From IMG/VR virus record IMGVR_UViG_3300007511_000003, positions 64,001-128,000 of that record: a stretch of DNA of 64,000 bases; one strand, 5' to 3'. Below, piece by piece: positions 1-10,416 of the stretch (position 1 is its first letter; every line of letters begins with the position of its first letter). The notes under the pieces were generated by a model, which saw nothing but the letters and a program-made list of their open reading frames with translations, ran no database searches and had not been told where the DNA came from. This stretch comes from a virus. A program made the position numbers and the translations under genes.

Positions 1-301
1 CCTTCTGCTCTTCCAGGAACCCTTGCTGTGCCATCAAGTGTAGGTGACCTGACTGTTCGTCTACCAGGAACACTCCTCCTTTTGGCACCAGTTTAAACCA
101 AGGTATGTCCAGGATGATCTTTAAAAACTCTTGTAACTGGGATTTCAAAGGCATCTGGTCAAGCGAGGTCAACAACAGACGGTTAAGTACCATCACCGAG
201 TTAAATTTTTGTTGGTTAGAAATATTAGGCTCCTGTTGCATAAACCAAGCGGCGGATGGTGTCACCCCACAATCTTGTACGGCTGGTTTTTCTGTTAACA
301 T
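1..301 (-). CDS. GAF-domain signalling protein (partial, runs off window)
   Basis: Not in ORF track; manual translation from ATG 301: MLTEKPAV...LQEFLKIILDIPWFKLVPKGGVFLVDEQSGHLHLMAQQGFLEEQK, resembling the start of a bacterial sensor GAF domain. Confidence 0.6.
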   Translation of the reverse strand, partial: MLTEKPAVQDCGVTPSAAWFMQQEPNISNQQKFNSVMVLNRLLLTSLDQMPLKSQLQEFLKIILDIPWFKLVPKGGVFLVDEQSGHLHLMAQQGFLEEQK

Positions 302-700
302 TCATCTATCACGACCCCCCAACACCTGTTCCTGGCGTAGGAGACGGTCGAGCCTCCTTTGGTTGTACTTGAGTAATCTGTGGTCATTGTCATTAGCCTC
401 ACCTCTCTGTACACGGTCTTCCAAATACTCAATATAACCAGTCACACTCTCAATTTTATACGCCAGGAGTTCTCGCTCGACCGCGAGAATACGGGATGCC
501 ACACCTGCCTCGATAACCTGACGCTCTTCTGCCAAGGCTTCTTTGGTCACGATGTTATTGGCAACCCACCAAACCCCACCTACCAAGGGTATAATCACAG
601 ATAAAACAGCACTTACCTTTTGCCAGCCAAACTTCCTGTCCAGTTTCTCACGCACCTCTTTATCCACCAGCTCTTCCACATCCACATCGTTGTCACCCAC
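302..700 (-). CDS. single-TM membrane protein with coiled coil
   Basis: Hydrophobic stretch VSAVLSVIIPLVGGVWWVA; GAGGAGG RBS upstream. Confidence 0.6.
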   Translation of the reverse strand: MGDNDVDVEELVDKEVREKLDRKFGWQKVSAVLSVIIPLVGGVWWVANNIVTKEALAEERQVIEAGVASRILAVERELLAYKIESVTGYIEYLEDRVQRGEANDNDHRLLKYNQRRLDRLLRQEQVLGGRDR

Positions 701-862
701 GGTACTATCCTCCTCTTTACCCCCTAGAAAGGGACATAAATAGCCGGTATTTAAAATATTCTGGCCGTTAAATCTATGACAGCGACAGACACTCCGAGCA
801 CTACGGCCAGAATCAAAAATTGAAAAAGCACTAGGGCCGCATCAACCAAGCGGTCCCTCCAA

Positions 863-1186
863 TTACGCGGTGGGTCCTCCAGGTTTTTCATTTTGTTTAT
901 CTGCCGAGCCGGATCTCTTTGTGAATCCCTTCAACATTGTGCTGGCGTTGACATAAAAGGCAAATAAAGGAGCGGCGAAACCAACAACAGCCGCCACTAC
1001 CCCAGCTTGTTGTGTGCTGATATCGGGCAACCCTTTTGCCCACGTAATGGTATCGTACACCAGCCACATGTATCCAAAGATTACAACACGCGGTACGATA
1101 CGCAATCGATCAAAGAAGTACCCAATGAGGTCAATGTTGACCTTCACAAGGTACTCGACGTTCTCTACGTTAAACGGGTTAGTCAT
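863..1186 (-). CDS. two-TM holin-like membrane protein
   Basis: Likely start MTNPF at 1186; two hydrophobic segments (RIVPRVVIFGYMWLVY; QQAGVVAAVVGFAAPLFAFY) and basic C-tail. Confidence 0.5.
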   Translation of the reverse strand: MTNPFNVENVEYLVKVNIDLIGYFFDRLRIVPRVVIFGYMWLVYDTITWAKGLPDISTQQAGVVAAVVGFAAPLFAFYVNASTMLKGFTKRSGSADKQNEKPGGPTA

Positions 1187-1523
1187 AGTTAAACTCCAAT
1201 TGGAACGTACATGCGCCGCACTCCTTATGGATGCCAAAGTATTCCACCTCGGTAGAGTACCGCCTAGTTTTCTTGGTAGGGGTAGGCCCACCTTTCGACG
1301 TCTCCAGGTACCTTATTTGACGATGGGGTTCATCAGTATCCCAGATACAAAGGTCGAATATGTATACTGCATTTGTTTTTTGGACGGCCCGCATTAGTGC
1401 CCGTGAGAGGAACCTCAATAGATGGGCGTTGGCCTCGATGGAACTACATTTAGAGAGGGCGTTGGCAATATCGTTAATATAGAGTTGCATTGGAGTCACT
1501 CCTCGGTTTTCAGTACATGACAC
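1179..1523 (-). CDS. hypothetical protein
   Basis: ORF with GAGGAGG RBS; C-terminal HxxC...C. Confidence 0.5.
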   Translation of the reverse strand: MSCTENRGVTPMQLYINDIANALSKCSSIEANAHLLRFLSRALMRAVQKTNAVYIFDLCIWDTDEPHRQIRYLETSKGGPTPTKKTRRYSTEVEYFGIHKECGACTFQLEFNYD

Positions 1524-1553
1524 TCACCTCCTCATGCTCGCGCCCAACCACAC

Positions 1554-1733
1554 TTAACCATCCCACTCCTTCTCAATTTCATTGAAAAACTTCTTCCGTT
1601 CCTCGACACTCAAATCCGCGGGACTGGAGGCATCCCACTCATCCAATTTTTTGTTGAAAAACGCCTGGTATTCCCTTTGCTTATCACTCTGGGCACAGAC
1701 ACTAGGCGTTCGTGTGGCAAGTTCTTTAATCAT
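1554..1733 (-). CDS. small phage protein, possibly prohead core-like
   Basis: EYQAFFNKKLDEWDASSPADLSVEERKKFFNEIEKEW resembles a small helical domain seen in large-phage head regions. Confidence 0.45.
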   Translation of the reverse strand: MIKELATRTPSVCAQSDKQREYQAFFNKKLDEWDASSPADLSVEERKKFFNEIEKEWDG

Positions 1734-1771
1734 GGTATCCTCTTTGGTATACTCCGCGATCTGTTCCCACA

Positions 1772-1797
1772 ATAAAACGTAGGCAGGCCTACCTACG
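1772..1797 (-). terminator. Rho-independent terminator
   Basis: CGTAGGTA-ggcc-TGCCTACG followed by TTTTAT on minus strand. Confidence 0.55.
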
Positions 1798-1918
1798 CGA
1801 TCATGAAAACTTGGTGGTGGGGCGAGCGGTCAGTCCGAATCCCCAACCCCAGAGTCCCGGAAACTCGATAGGGCGGATAACACCACACTTGCAGCCCTTA
1901 TACAACTACCTTCTGAAG

Positions 1919-2713
1919 TTACTCCACTGAAAGTAAGCTAGAGTCCTCCTGGATAGCACTGTAAAACGCGGGAGAACTTACAGCACTGGTTTCAAAACCT
2001 TGGACCCCATGTACCTGCCGATACACCAGCCTGTTACCTTTCTTGTAGAAATCAACAGGCCGGTTGGCAGATATATGACTACAATGCCCCAGTTCCTTCC
2101 CACAGTAGGAACAACTGTACTGGTCTACGTAGGCACCCATGGAATAACTGTTCATCTGCCCACTAAGGATATCCTTCACCAGGTCAGGATCCTTAGTGCG
2201 GTCAAACGCCAAGAGCTCCAGGAACTTCCAGACCTTTCCTTGACCGAACTCCGGCATCTTACGGAGGTAGGTATCGGCGATAACACCACGGGCTTTTGAC
2301 AGAACAGTGTTCTTATGTTCAACAAAACATGGTTTCCCTTTAAACGTCTTGAACGCCTGCATCCCTGCTTCAGGGTTGAACGCTACCATTGATGCCAGCG
2401 GGAACGCCACACCATTCCTGTTTGGTAAGTCTGTTGGAATCGTAATAACCGGCACCATCACAAAGTCCTCGAGGTTGTCAGAGATCTCGTAGGTTTTGCT
2501 GGCAAAAGGTAACCATTGGCTGATGTCTAGCGAGGTATCTCCGCTTTCCATTCCAAGGACCTCATTCCGCATTACGACCCTGCCCGAGGCTAAGGTCACA
2601 TCTTTTCGTTTGACCGCCTGGTGGACCTCCAGAGGGTTGCAAAGGGCTCTTCCACCGAGATCATAGTTGGCTGTCTTGTTCACAGGACGCCGACCTGGCA
2701 AAAATTGTGTCAT
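1919..2713 (-). CDS. prohead protease-like protein
   Basis: PNRNGVAF, KPCFVEH, YSMGA and CSYC motifs; directly downstream of portal. Confidence 0.6.
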   Translation of the reverse strand: MTQFLPGRRPVNKTANYDLGGRALCNPLEVHQAVKRKDVTLASGRVVMRNEVLGMESGDTSLDISQWLPFASKTYEISDNLEDFVMVPVITIPTDLPNRNGVAFPLASMVAFNPEAGMQAFKTFKGKPCFVEHKNTVLSKARGVIADTYLRKMPEFGQGKVWKFLELLAFDRTKDPDLVKDILSGQMNSYSMGAYVDQYSCSYCGKELGHCSHISANRPVDFYKKGNRLVYRQVHGVQGFETSAVSSPAFYSAIQEDSSLLSVE

Positions 2714-5700
2714 GACACGTCTCCATAGGGATTCCGACGACCAATAAAACGCTGTGCCATTCGTTGTCGGCGTTTGTTGTTGGGTTCCTTGGCAATCTCA
2801 CGGACCGCCTTGATTATCTTATCATTGATGGCTTTGTTGGCACGTGTTTGGTTGAACACGTGCCGTTTCTTGCCAGCTTTGTCGGTCGTAGACAACTCTG
2901 CGAGGTCTCCGAAATCCCTGTCCGTAAGGGTCTGGCGTTTGATAGACCGCAGACCAGAGAAGGAAAAATCATCGTCGTCCTCGTCATCACCTCCACCTTT
3001 AAGTTCCTTGATTCGGTCCTTAATCTCCGCGTCTTCCTCAAGGTCACTCATCAGGCTGTCAACAGATAGACCACCGGCAGCAGCCCACATCCGCAGAGGG
3101 ACCGGCACTCCCTTCTCGGTCAGGGTCTCCAATACTGTCAGGTACTCGGTGTCCGCCTCAGGCCGAAGGGCTTTATGCCAGTGCATGGTTGGAATAACCA
3201 GTTTACTGGTATCAGCCGTATACCACTGTACCATGTCGGTTGTCAACATAGGAGTTGTCCGACGGGCCGCCGACTCCTCAGGTGTCCTGTGTCGATAGTA
3301 AGGGTTAGGCTTTGGAGCATCCTCTTCCTTCTCAAAGCCATTGATAACCGAGATCAATGGAAACAGCTTGTTGTAAAACACCCTGTGGGTGGTCATGTCA
3401 CGGAACGCCCGCATGTGTTCAATAAACACTGACAACGCTACTTCCATCGTTCCATACGACATGTCTCCACTGTTATGTACCACGATACCGTTAGACACAA
3501 AGGCAGGTGCCACTTTGTGTTCCATGGTCAGGTCATACAAATGGGAAGTTCCAGCTGGTTTTACCTCCTGTACCGGGTCAAAGAAGTACTGGAGTTCAGA
3601 CAAGCGCACCAATCGTCTGACAACTACAGGATCAATTTGTTCCAGGATATCCAATAAATCGGAGTATAGACCTTTCTCAAAGTTAGAGTAGGGCAGGACT
3701 CCATCTCGATGTTTACCCTTCCCAACCGTTGATCCCAAGTATTTTGAGGTGCGGTGACCAAAGCCTTCAATTAAAACTGGTTGGCCTTCCGCATTTTCAA
3801 ACCACTCACCAACATTGGTTTCTCTGCGGATCCAACGGGATGCCAAGAAGTTTCGGATAGGTGGTATAGGTACCCCGAATGTACGTCCTTGTAAATCCGC
3901 TTCACGTACATCGTACTGGTTTTTTTCAGTATGGGCCAACCAAGGACGTAGACGCCTGTAAAATTTGTTCCCAAAATACCGAATAACACTTAACCATTTG
4001 GGGTGGTCAGTCATCCGAAAGCTGGGTACCCCGAGGTCCGCCAATAGTATCTGCATTTGGTCCAACAATTGGCCACTACTACTGCAAAAACGCAGAGCCA
4101 CAGTATCTTTCCTTTGGGCAACAGAGCCATCACCGTCAAGAAAAGCGGCAATGAAAGCCAATCGGCATTCCGTCGGGGCCTGAAGGATGGACCAAGGTAC
4201 TACTCTGTAGGCAGACGGATTGTTCACCTCGGATTTCCGTTTCTGTACGACCCCGAGTTCCTTCAACCAATGTACGACCTTTACCTCCTCGAAGGACATC
4301 TTGTAAACATCCGAATTGGAGGTACCCGTCACACCCTTAATGTTATACCTACGACCTTTCGGGCTACTTAAGGTCCGTTCAGGAACCACACCAAAAACAG
4401 AGGTAAAAGCCTCTTGGTATCGGTCAAGGACTCCCAGATTCGAATTCGTGATCGAAACCACGTTTTTCTTCTTAAGTGTGCCCTCAGACACGATAAGTCC
4501 TAACACATAGGCCAAATCGGGTGTCATTTCTGTCGGTTTGGTTGCAGCTTTTTGGGACCAACCTCCTTTAACCAGATAATCTGTGAGGTTCAGCCTCAGG
4601 GGTTCCGTCGCCTCCTGCCCCTGTGTGTCAATGCACAGGTAATCGGATTTTTGAAGGCGCTTCACAGGAACCCATTCCGGACGTAGGTCTTGTCCCAAAG
4701 TCAGTACCTCATGCTTCTTTGTTGTTGTGACATTATACCCGGATTGTGTAGTGGTTTTGACAACAGGTGATTTACCCCGGTACCACCAATGAATGGCTTT
4801 TGCAAACTCTCCAGAACGCCCCTTGACCAACAAATCTGTGGTGTACCCTTGGTCTTTACGTAGGCCCCTACGATCATACAATTGGTCAATAGGAATTAGG
4901 CCACGTTCCGTGTGAACATACGAGCCTTCCGCCAAACACAAAAAGCCCTCATTTATCCCAAGAGCCTGCATCTTGAGGTTGGAGGTCTCTGGAATAGTAT
5001 CCGTCCATTTCCAGGAGTCACCGCCGCTCCTGATTTCATTGGTATTCACATCATCACGTGTGGCAATCATGGCACCAACAGGATCTAAGTCCGCTTGTTG
5101 GAACAGGGCTACGATAGCCTTGAGCTCCTCATCCGTGGGTTCCCAATCCTCATCCCCTGCCACGATATGCAGGATCGACCGTTGCCTCTTTGCTGCCTCT
5201 GTCAGTGTACCCCTGTACAGGATCTTCTCCAGAAAGTAAATAGGCAGCAGCCGATGATACAACGAGGTACCACGATTGTTAAAGGTAAAGCTGCGCCTGG
5301 GTACATAAAGCGTGGTCAACGGATCGAGCGTCACCTCTGGGGCTCGCATGGCTCTCAGCATACCCGGGGACAGTCGTTCCTTCAGACGTTCGATGTGCGG
5401 TTCCCGGCTGTTGATGAACTCCTTCATGTCGGCCCCAATTTTCATCTTAATCAGAGGATCGGTGCCATACAAGGGAGTCGGAATCACAGTACAGTCGGCT
5501 ATGTTCTGTGGTATCAAATCAGTAAATAATTTCTCCGCCTTTTTAAACACGAGGGTGGATACGAAGGTGCCGAGCACGAGGTAATCTACACTCATTTCAG
5601 GCATTAGACTACGCATGTTCAGGCGGTCCAAATTGGACTCGAACACCTCCAGTTGCCTCTCATCGGCTCCGCTAAGAGTCCAATCACTGAAGGGTAGGGT

Positions 5701-5961
5701 ACTCATGAGGTCTACAGCCGCGCCGGCGATAGGGTCGTGGTAGTAGATATCCGTGTAAATGTCAAACAGTTGGCGAGGGTCGGAGGGTATTACACCATCC
5801 AGCATACCGTCCTTGATGGCTCCGAGTCCGGTATAACCCATCTGCATGTTGACATTACCACCACCCATACCAAAGGGTGACATCTGATAACTGGATCTTA
5901 CCTGAGGACGTTGGTCTGTCACAGATGCCCGTACGGCTATCTTCCGGCTACTTTGAAACAC
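2710..5961 (-). CDS. portal protein with LAGLIDADG intein
   Basis: Downstream of TerL; portal-like IYYHDPIAGAAVDLMSTLP and SYGTMEVALSVF segments; ~594 aa after intein removal. Confidence 0.7.
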   Translation of the reverse strand: MFQSSRKIAVRASVTDQRPQVRSSYQMSPFGMGGGNVNMQMGYTGLGAIKDGMLDGVIPSDPRQLFDIYTDIYYHDPIAGAAVDLMSTLPFSDWTLSGADERQLEVFESNLDRLNMRSLMPEMSVDYLVLGTFVSTLVFKKAEKLFTDLIPQNIADCTVIPTPLYGTDPLIKMKIGADMKEFINSREPHIERLKERLSPGMLRAMRAPEVTLDPLTTLYVPRRSFTFNNRGTSLYHRLLPIYFLEKILYRGTLTEAAKRQRSILHIVAGDEDWEPTDEELKAIVALFQQADLDPVGAMIATRDDVNTNEIRSGGDSWKWTDTIPETSNLKMQALGINEGFLCLAEGSYVHTERGLIPIDQLYDRRGLRKDQGYTTDLLVKGRSGEFAKAIHWWYRGKSPVVKTTTQSGYNVTTTKKHEVLTLGQDLRPEWVPVKRLQKSDYLCIDTQGQEATEPLRLNLTDYLVKGGWSQKAATKPTEMTPDLAYVLGLIVSEGTLKKKNVVSITNSNLGVLDRYQEAFTSVFGVVPERTLSSPKGRRYNIKGVTGTSNSDVYKMSFEEVKVVHWLKELGVVQKRKSEVNNPSAYRVVPWSILQAPTECRLAFIAAFLDGDGSVAQRKDTVALRFCSSSGQLLDQMQILLADLGVPSFRMTDHPKWLSVIRYFGNKFYRRLRPWLAHTEKNQYDVREADLQGRTFGVPIPPIRNFLASRWIRRETNVGEWFENAEGQPVLIEGFGHRTSKYLGSTVGKGKHRDGVLPYSNFEKGLYSDLLDILEQIDPVVVRRLVRLSELQYFFDPVQEVKPAGTSHLYDLTMEHKVAPAFVSNGIVVHNSGDMSYGTMEVALSVFIEHMRAFRDMTTHRVFYNKLFPLISVINGFEKEEDAPKPNPYYRHRTPEESAARRTTPMLTTDMVQWYTADTSKLVIPTMHWHKALRPEADTEYLTVLETLTEKGVPVPLRMWAAAGGLSVDSLMSDLEEDAEIKDRIKELKGGGDDEDDDDFSFSGLRSIKRQTLTDRDFGDLAELSTTDKAGKKRHVFNQTRANKAINDKIIKAVREIAKEPNNKRRQRMAQRFIGRRNPYGDVS
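3472..4938 (-). mobile_element. cis-splicing intein with LAGLIDADG homing endonuclease (489 aa)
   Basis: FL/CLAEGSYVHTERG start, SNGIVVHN/S end; LGLIVSEG and FIAAFLDGDG motifs. Confidence 0.92.
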
Positions 5962-6187
5962 GGCTGTTCTCCACAGGGAGGGCTACGCGGTGACCGAGAC
6001 AAACATAGGCAGGAATGTTATCAGCACATTCCAAAACCTCCATCTGTTTGCCACACCCAGGCACAGGGCAGACCCCTGCTTCAGTATTGGAGACACGGGC
6101 CATCTCTTTCTTGGCACCATCGGTTGACGCGGTGGCCACATTTGGCACGCGTGGTGGTGCCAGCGGGTTTTTCAGGTCACGTTTCAT
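5948..6187 (-). CDS. small Zn-ribbon protein
   Basis: CPVPGC...CLGH; lies between TerL and portal. Confidence 0.55.
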   Translation of the reverse strand: MKRDLKNPLAPPRVPNVATASTDGAKKEMARVSNTEAGVCPVPGCGKQMEVLECADNIPAYVCLGHRVALPVENSRVSK

Positions 6188-6253
6188 ATCGGTATCCTTT
6201 TCGGATTAACGTTCCAATAAAATTAGTGTGGGCTATAGGTGGGAGAGTACTAC

Positions 6254-8497
6254 CTATCTTCTTCTTTGAGCAATGGCCCCTTGGTTGTTCCTACTTGGAT
6301 CCTGTGCTAAGGTTCCAGAATTCGTTGACAGTGCACCTATACCTTCTGCCACCCCGATAGGTTGCCGAAGTGGAGTTCCGAGTACACCTACCCCGCGTCT
6401 ACGGCTTCGGTCCTTGTTCAACAGGTGGCGTTTTACCAAGTCTTCATCAAATAGTTGTGACAGGCACAGGGCAGCCGCTCGGAACAAGTCGTCCGTCAGG
6501 TTCATGCCTTTGGTGACGGTTTTTCCAGTATCGTTGACGGTTAAACACTGGAAATAAAAGTGACTGACAGGCTTGTACCGAAAGCATTTTGGGTACGTTC
6601 CTTGATCAATTTCCAGGATATCTTTGGTTGGCATCTCTGCCCTCGGTAAGACTACCTTTGGTTGCTCATCCTCTAGGTAGTCGCGGACATACACAAAGTC
6701 AGGGTACTTCATGCTATACTGGAACGCCAAGATACCAAGCTCTTCCTCCACATCGTGCAAGAGTTTCAAGCTATTCCATCGGTCGGCCACCACTATACCG
6801 ACATTGAGTTCCTTGATAAGTGGATAAATGAGATCTCGGGCCAGCTTCGAGTAGTTTAGTACCACCAAGTCTTTTGTCGGCGCCACCTCCACAAAAGTGT
6901 CAAGGTGGTATGTAACCTCCCCATCCAGTGACTCCCGCGGGTGTCCGATAACAAGGGCAAAGCTGTTGTTGGAGAATCCTGCGTCGATAGCAAGGAGACT
7001 ACGCCTTACCTTGGACTCGGTACGAACGTTTTCGACCGATGCTGCCCGCATACGGCGTCCTGCTTGGTCTTTTTTGTGCATATATTGGTATTGTACTCTA
7101 TTGGTTCCACTGGCTAGCCTATACAGCAACTGGCCGTTATGTATGAAGGGGTTTTCGTTTAGGGGAGGGTTGGCACCGTAATCCCGTTCTGCTTTCATGG
7201 GATTTTCTTGGTACACTTTCTGGATATCAGGAGAGTCCTGTGGAAGGTCAGGATTCATTTCCCAGGTAGGGAGGTGAACAGTAAACACCTGACTTGAGTT
7301 AGCGTGGTCTCGTACCAACGTCATAATCTTATCACGTGGATGGCTTGGGCTGCTAATGTTAAAAGCATAGGCAGTAGGGACGTTGTGGTACCCTTGTTCC
7401 AACAACCGACGGGCCTTGGCTCGGATAGTCAACAACGACCTGTCCAGAGCCGTATAGATTTCGTCGGCACCCGCACGTTCCTTACTATCACTATCCCCTT
7501 CATTCAGGAACCACCCAAGCTCGTCAATCGCGGTTAAAAATCGGGTATCCCCACGAAGAGTCCTTTTATTGGGTCCAGAAGGATACATAACAAGTGACCG
7601 GTGTGGGTACTCCACGATCTGGTCCTTTAGCTTGTACACCTCCTCGCCATACTTTTGACCGTAATAGTCTAGTACCTCATGGTAAGCCTGGAACCAAGGG
7701 CTGCCTGTAAGGTGATTGTGAAGAGGTGCCCAGAGAAGACGGAGAGCACGATTGAACGTCAGGGCAACAAAGGTGGCGGTCAAGATAGAACCGCGCATGA
7801 GGCCAAAGACCTCAAGAGGTTTCTGGAGCTTGAGGTACTTATGAATCAGGTAGGCAGAGAATAGTGCCACAGCACTCGACTTGCCCGCCCTTTGACCAAC
7901 GCACGCCGCCAACTCCGCATAAGAGTGAAGCCGGTTCCTTCTTACCCATCCACGCTTAGTATGCCCACACTTAGGACACGTACCATGCTTCAACATCGTG
8001 ATCTTGTCAGGAAAGTCGGCAGCGGGGAAATCCACAGGGACGTTGGTGATGTCCATGAACCGAGGACTACTACACCTTTTATTTGGACACCACTCTCCAA
8101 ACAGGTGTAGGCCAATAGCTAACTGACGGGCAAAGGGCGGGGTATCCAAACCATCTTTGGACATACAGAACTCAAAGAAGTTTGGAAACTCTGGTACATC
8201 TCGGTCATCGATGCGGATATCAGGTGGTACCTTGTTATGCGAAGCAAAGGCTTGATCCAGCATTTTGACCAGTTGGAGTTCCTGGCCATGAGCTTCACCG
8301 TCCGACATATTAAGCCCTTCCTGGACCTCTGTGGACCTCCTCCGCCCTTTTCTCTTTTTTCCCGGCATTTGCATATCCAGCAGTTCTGCGATGCTGGAGA
8401 CTGTCTCTCGACCCTCGTACCGATCACATAGGTGTTGGTGGCTTTTGTCGGGGTCCCGACAACTCACGTACAAGACACAGGATAGGCAACTACTCAC
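6254..8497 (-). CDS. terL: terminase large subunit
   Basis: Walker A GQRAGKS, Walker B TAIDE, nuclease LAIDAG and DDLF. Confidence 0.85.
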   Translation of the reverse strand: MSSCLSCVLYVSCRDPDKSHQHLCDRYEGRETVSSIAELLDMQMPGKKRKGRRRSTEVQEGLNMSDGEAHGQELQLVKMLDQAFASHNKVPPDIRIDDRDVPEFPNFFEFCMSKDGLDTPPFARQLAIGLHLFGEWCPNKRCSSPRFMDITNVPVDFPAADFPDKITMLKHGTCPKCGHTKRGWVRRNRLHSYAELAACVGQRAGKSSAVALFSAYLIHKYLKLQKPLEVFGLMRGSILTATFVALTFNRALRLLWAPLHNHLTGSPWFQAYHEVLDYYGQKYGEEVYKLKDQIVEYPHRSLVMYPSGPNKRTLRGDTRFLTAIDELGWFLNEGDSDSKERAGADEIYTALDRSLLTIRAKARRLLEQGYHNVPTAYAFNISSPSHPRDKIMTLVRDHANSSQVFTVHLPTWEMNPDLPQDSPDIQKVYQENPMKAERDYGANPPLNENPFIHNGQLLYRLASGTNRVQYQYMHKKDQAGRRMRAASVENVRTESKVRRSLLAIDAGFSNNSFALVIGHPRESLDGEVTYHLDTFVEVAPTKDLVVLNYSKLARDLIYPLIKELNVGIVVADRWNSLKLLHDVEEELGILAFQYSMKYPDFVYVRDYLEDEQPKVVLPRAEMPTKDILEIDQGTYPKCFRYKPVSHFYFQCLTVNDTGKTVTKGMNLTDDLFRAAALCLSQLFDEDLVKRHLLNKDRSRRRGVGVLGTPLRQPIGVAEGIGALSTNSGTLAQDPSRNNQGAIAQRRR

Positions 8498-9089
8498 TTT
8501 TTTGTTCCTGCATCATCTTAGTTAACCGAGTCAATGTATCTGGTTTGGCTTTCCCTGACGGAGGCGCGTGCTGACGTCCTAACCAAGATTCCAGAAATTT
8601 ATCGCGCACTCGGTTGTCAAGCGCCAATAAATCCGCCAGCTTATGGATGACCTTCAGGACCACCAACTGAGAGGTAACTTCCCGTATCTTCCCTACGGAT
8701 GCCTGTACACCACTGTCATCCGTCATCATGTTAAGGGTTTGCTGGGCGGCGGATATCGCAGGTTCAAGGGCCATGGAGATTGTACTAATGTCATGGATCA
8801 GGAACTCACGGAGCTCAGAGATGGTTGAGTCCAGGCCATCCACCCACTCCTTCCGGTCTTTTTCCGGTACTTTAATGGTATCAACAACCCGATCCTGGAT
8901 GTTATGTAGGGGCGAACCTGTTCCTGCCCGAAGCTTTATAGGTCGCCTTTTGTCGGTGATAAAAGGGTTGTAGGCTCTTCGTTTTATAAAACAGGAGCCT
9001 CCCTCGGCAGAGTCTGGAACCGACCCCATGTATTGTTGCTCAAGACGGTCGAGGATTCCCTCTTGGTCAGTCTTCTCCCTCGTCGCCAT
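8490..9089 (-). CDS. hypothetical helical protein (position compatible with TerS)
   Basis: Overlaps TerL start; no diagnostic motif. Confidence 0.5.
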   Translation of the reverse strand: MATREKTDQEGILDRLEQQYMGSVPDSAEGGSCFIKRRAYNPFITDKRRPIKLRAGTGSPLHNIQDRVVDTIKVPEKDRKEWVDGLDSTISELREFLIHDISTISMALEPAISAAQQTLNMMTDDSGVQASVGKIREVTSQLVVLKVIHKLADLLALDNRVRDKFLESWLGRQHAPPSGKAKPDTLTRLTKMMQEQKSE

Positions 9090-10416
9090 CTGATATATCC
9101 TCTAGGTAGGTATCTAGGTTTTGCCGTTTCTTCTCGCCCTCATCAGTAGCCAACTCCTGGGCTTCTCCGGCTTTTAAATCCCGGACCCGCATACGCTTAA
9201 AGTCTTGCGCCAACTGGAACGAGAAAGGATCCTGATTACGGGCTTTGGCTTGTCGGATATCAAGGATACCCGTCTCACGGTTCTCATCGGTCATCACCCA
9301 GAACCAAGCATTGTTGCTGTGTTCCACGATGGACCGAGCGTACCGGATCTCACCTTCCTTGTTAAGCTGTGCCAACAGGACGATGATGATCTTGTGGGTC
9401 TCTGCAAATATCTTACAAAATCGGGCTACCTTACCCAGCTGTTGCCAGCTATCATCCCCGTCCACCCCTTTGAGGAGGGAGATATAATCAATAATGATTA
9501 CCTGGTACCCGTAAGGTTTCAGGATAAACAGTATTTCTTCGACGGTCAGGTCTTCCTGTGGTTTGAAAATCGAGTACCTGGTTTCGCTGGCTCGGAGGGC
9601 ATCAACATACTTTCGGTACGCCCTGGTGGTTTTTCTGTTCTCCCTCTTTGTAACCTTGCGTAACATGTACTTGGTTACCTCGACCCCGGATAAGGAACTC
9701 ATCAGACGGGCGGTAGACTCCTCCTCTGACATTTCAAGGGGAACCAAAGCACAGTCATGACCAGCCAACGTCATGTTGATCAACAATTGGCCTGCCAACG
9801 TGGTTTTACCACCACCTGTTGTTGAGGCGATCGTCATCAAGGAACCCTGAAAAATACCACCATTCCTTTTATCAAAGGTGCGGAATCCTGTAGGTACCAA
9901 CGGGGCCCTATCATTAGACAACAAGGCTTTCACTACACGGGAGCTGTTGTTTTCCCGACCAAAATGGAGTAAGTGGTGTTCGGACCCTGTAGAGCGGGCC
10001 CTCATAAGTGCCCGACTGTTCTTCTCCAAGATAATGTCAAGGTCCAACTTTTTCTCTGTCAGAGCCTCGATGGTTTTTTCTGCGTTGTGGAACAACAGGC
10101 GTAGCTTACGGTACTTCTCCAAAGCACTTACCATGCTGTCCAGCTTTTCTTTGCTTTGGGCCTCTCGTTGTTTACTGGCCAAGAGGATTTGCCTGTTATC
10201 TTCAGGTATGACAGGATCCGCGCATATCTCACTGTAATCAGGTATGGTACCTTTTGTGCGTACAAGGGAGGACAGGCGCCTATAGGCAGCACGGGTGGGC
10301 TCATAGAAAAAGTGTTCGTCAGACACTCTTCCCAGTAGGATGGAGGCCAAACTGTCGGGAGACTGGCAAATGGACAGGATGGTCTTGAGCTCTAGTTCGA
10401 CGGATAGTAGCTTCAT
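9067..10416 (-). CDS. dnaB: replicative DnaB-family helicase
   Basis: PTGF, STTGGGKTT, LEMSEEE, IIDYI, LAQLN motifs. Confidence 0.9.
   Translation of the reverse strand: MKLLSVELELKTILSICQSPDSLASILLGRVSDEHFFYEPTRAAYRRLSSLVRTKGTIPDYSEICADPVIPEDNRQILLASKQREAQSKEKLDSMVSALEKYRKLRLLFHNAEKTIEALTEKKLDLDIILEKNSRALMRARSTGSEHHLLHFGRENNSSRVVKALLSNDRAPLVPTGFRTFDKRNGGIFQGSLMTIASTTGGGKTTLAGQLLINMTLAGHDCALVPLEMSEEESTARLMSSLSGVEVTKYMLRKVTKRENRKTTRAYRKYVDALRASETRYSIFKPQEDLTVEEILFILKPYGYQVIIIDYISLLKGVDGDDSWQQLGKVARFCKIFAETHKIIIVLLAQLNKEGEIRYARSIVEHSNNAWFWVMTDENRETGILDIRQAKARNQDPFSFQLAQDFKRMRVRDLKAGEAQELATDEGEKKRQNLDTYLEDISDGDEGED

Noticed and set aside
1800-1915. tRNA-like element ending ACCA, or a 34-aa ORF
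   Set aside because: No T or D arm; the ORF has a TTG start and no supporting evidence
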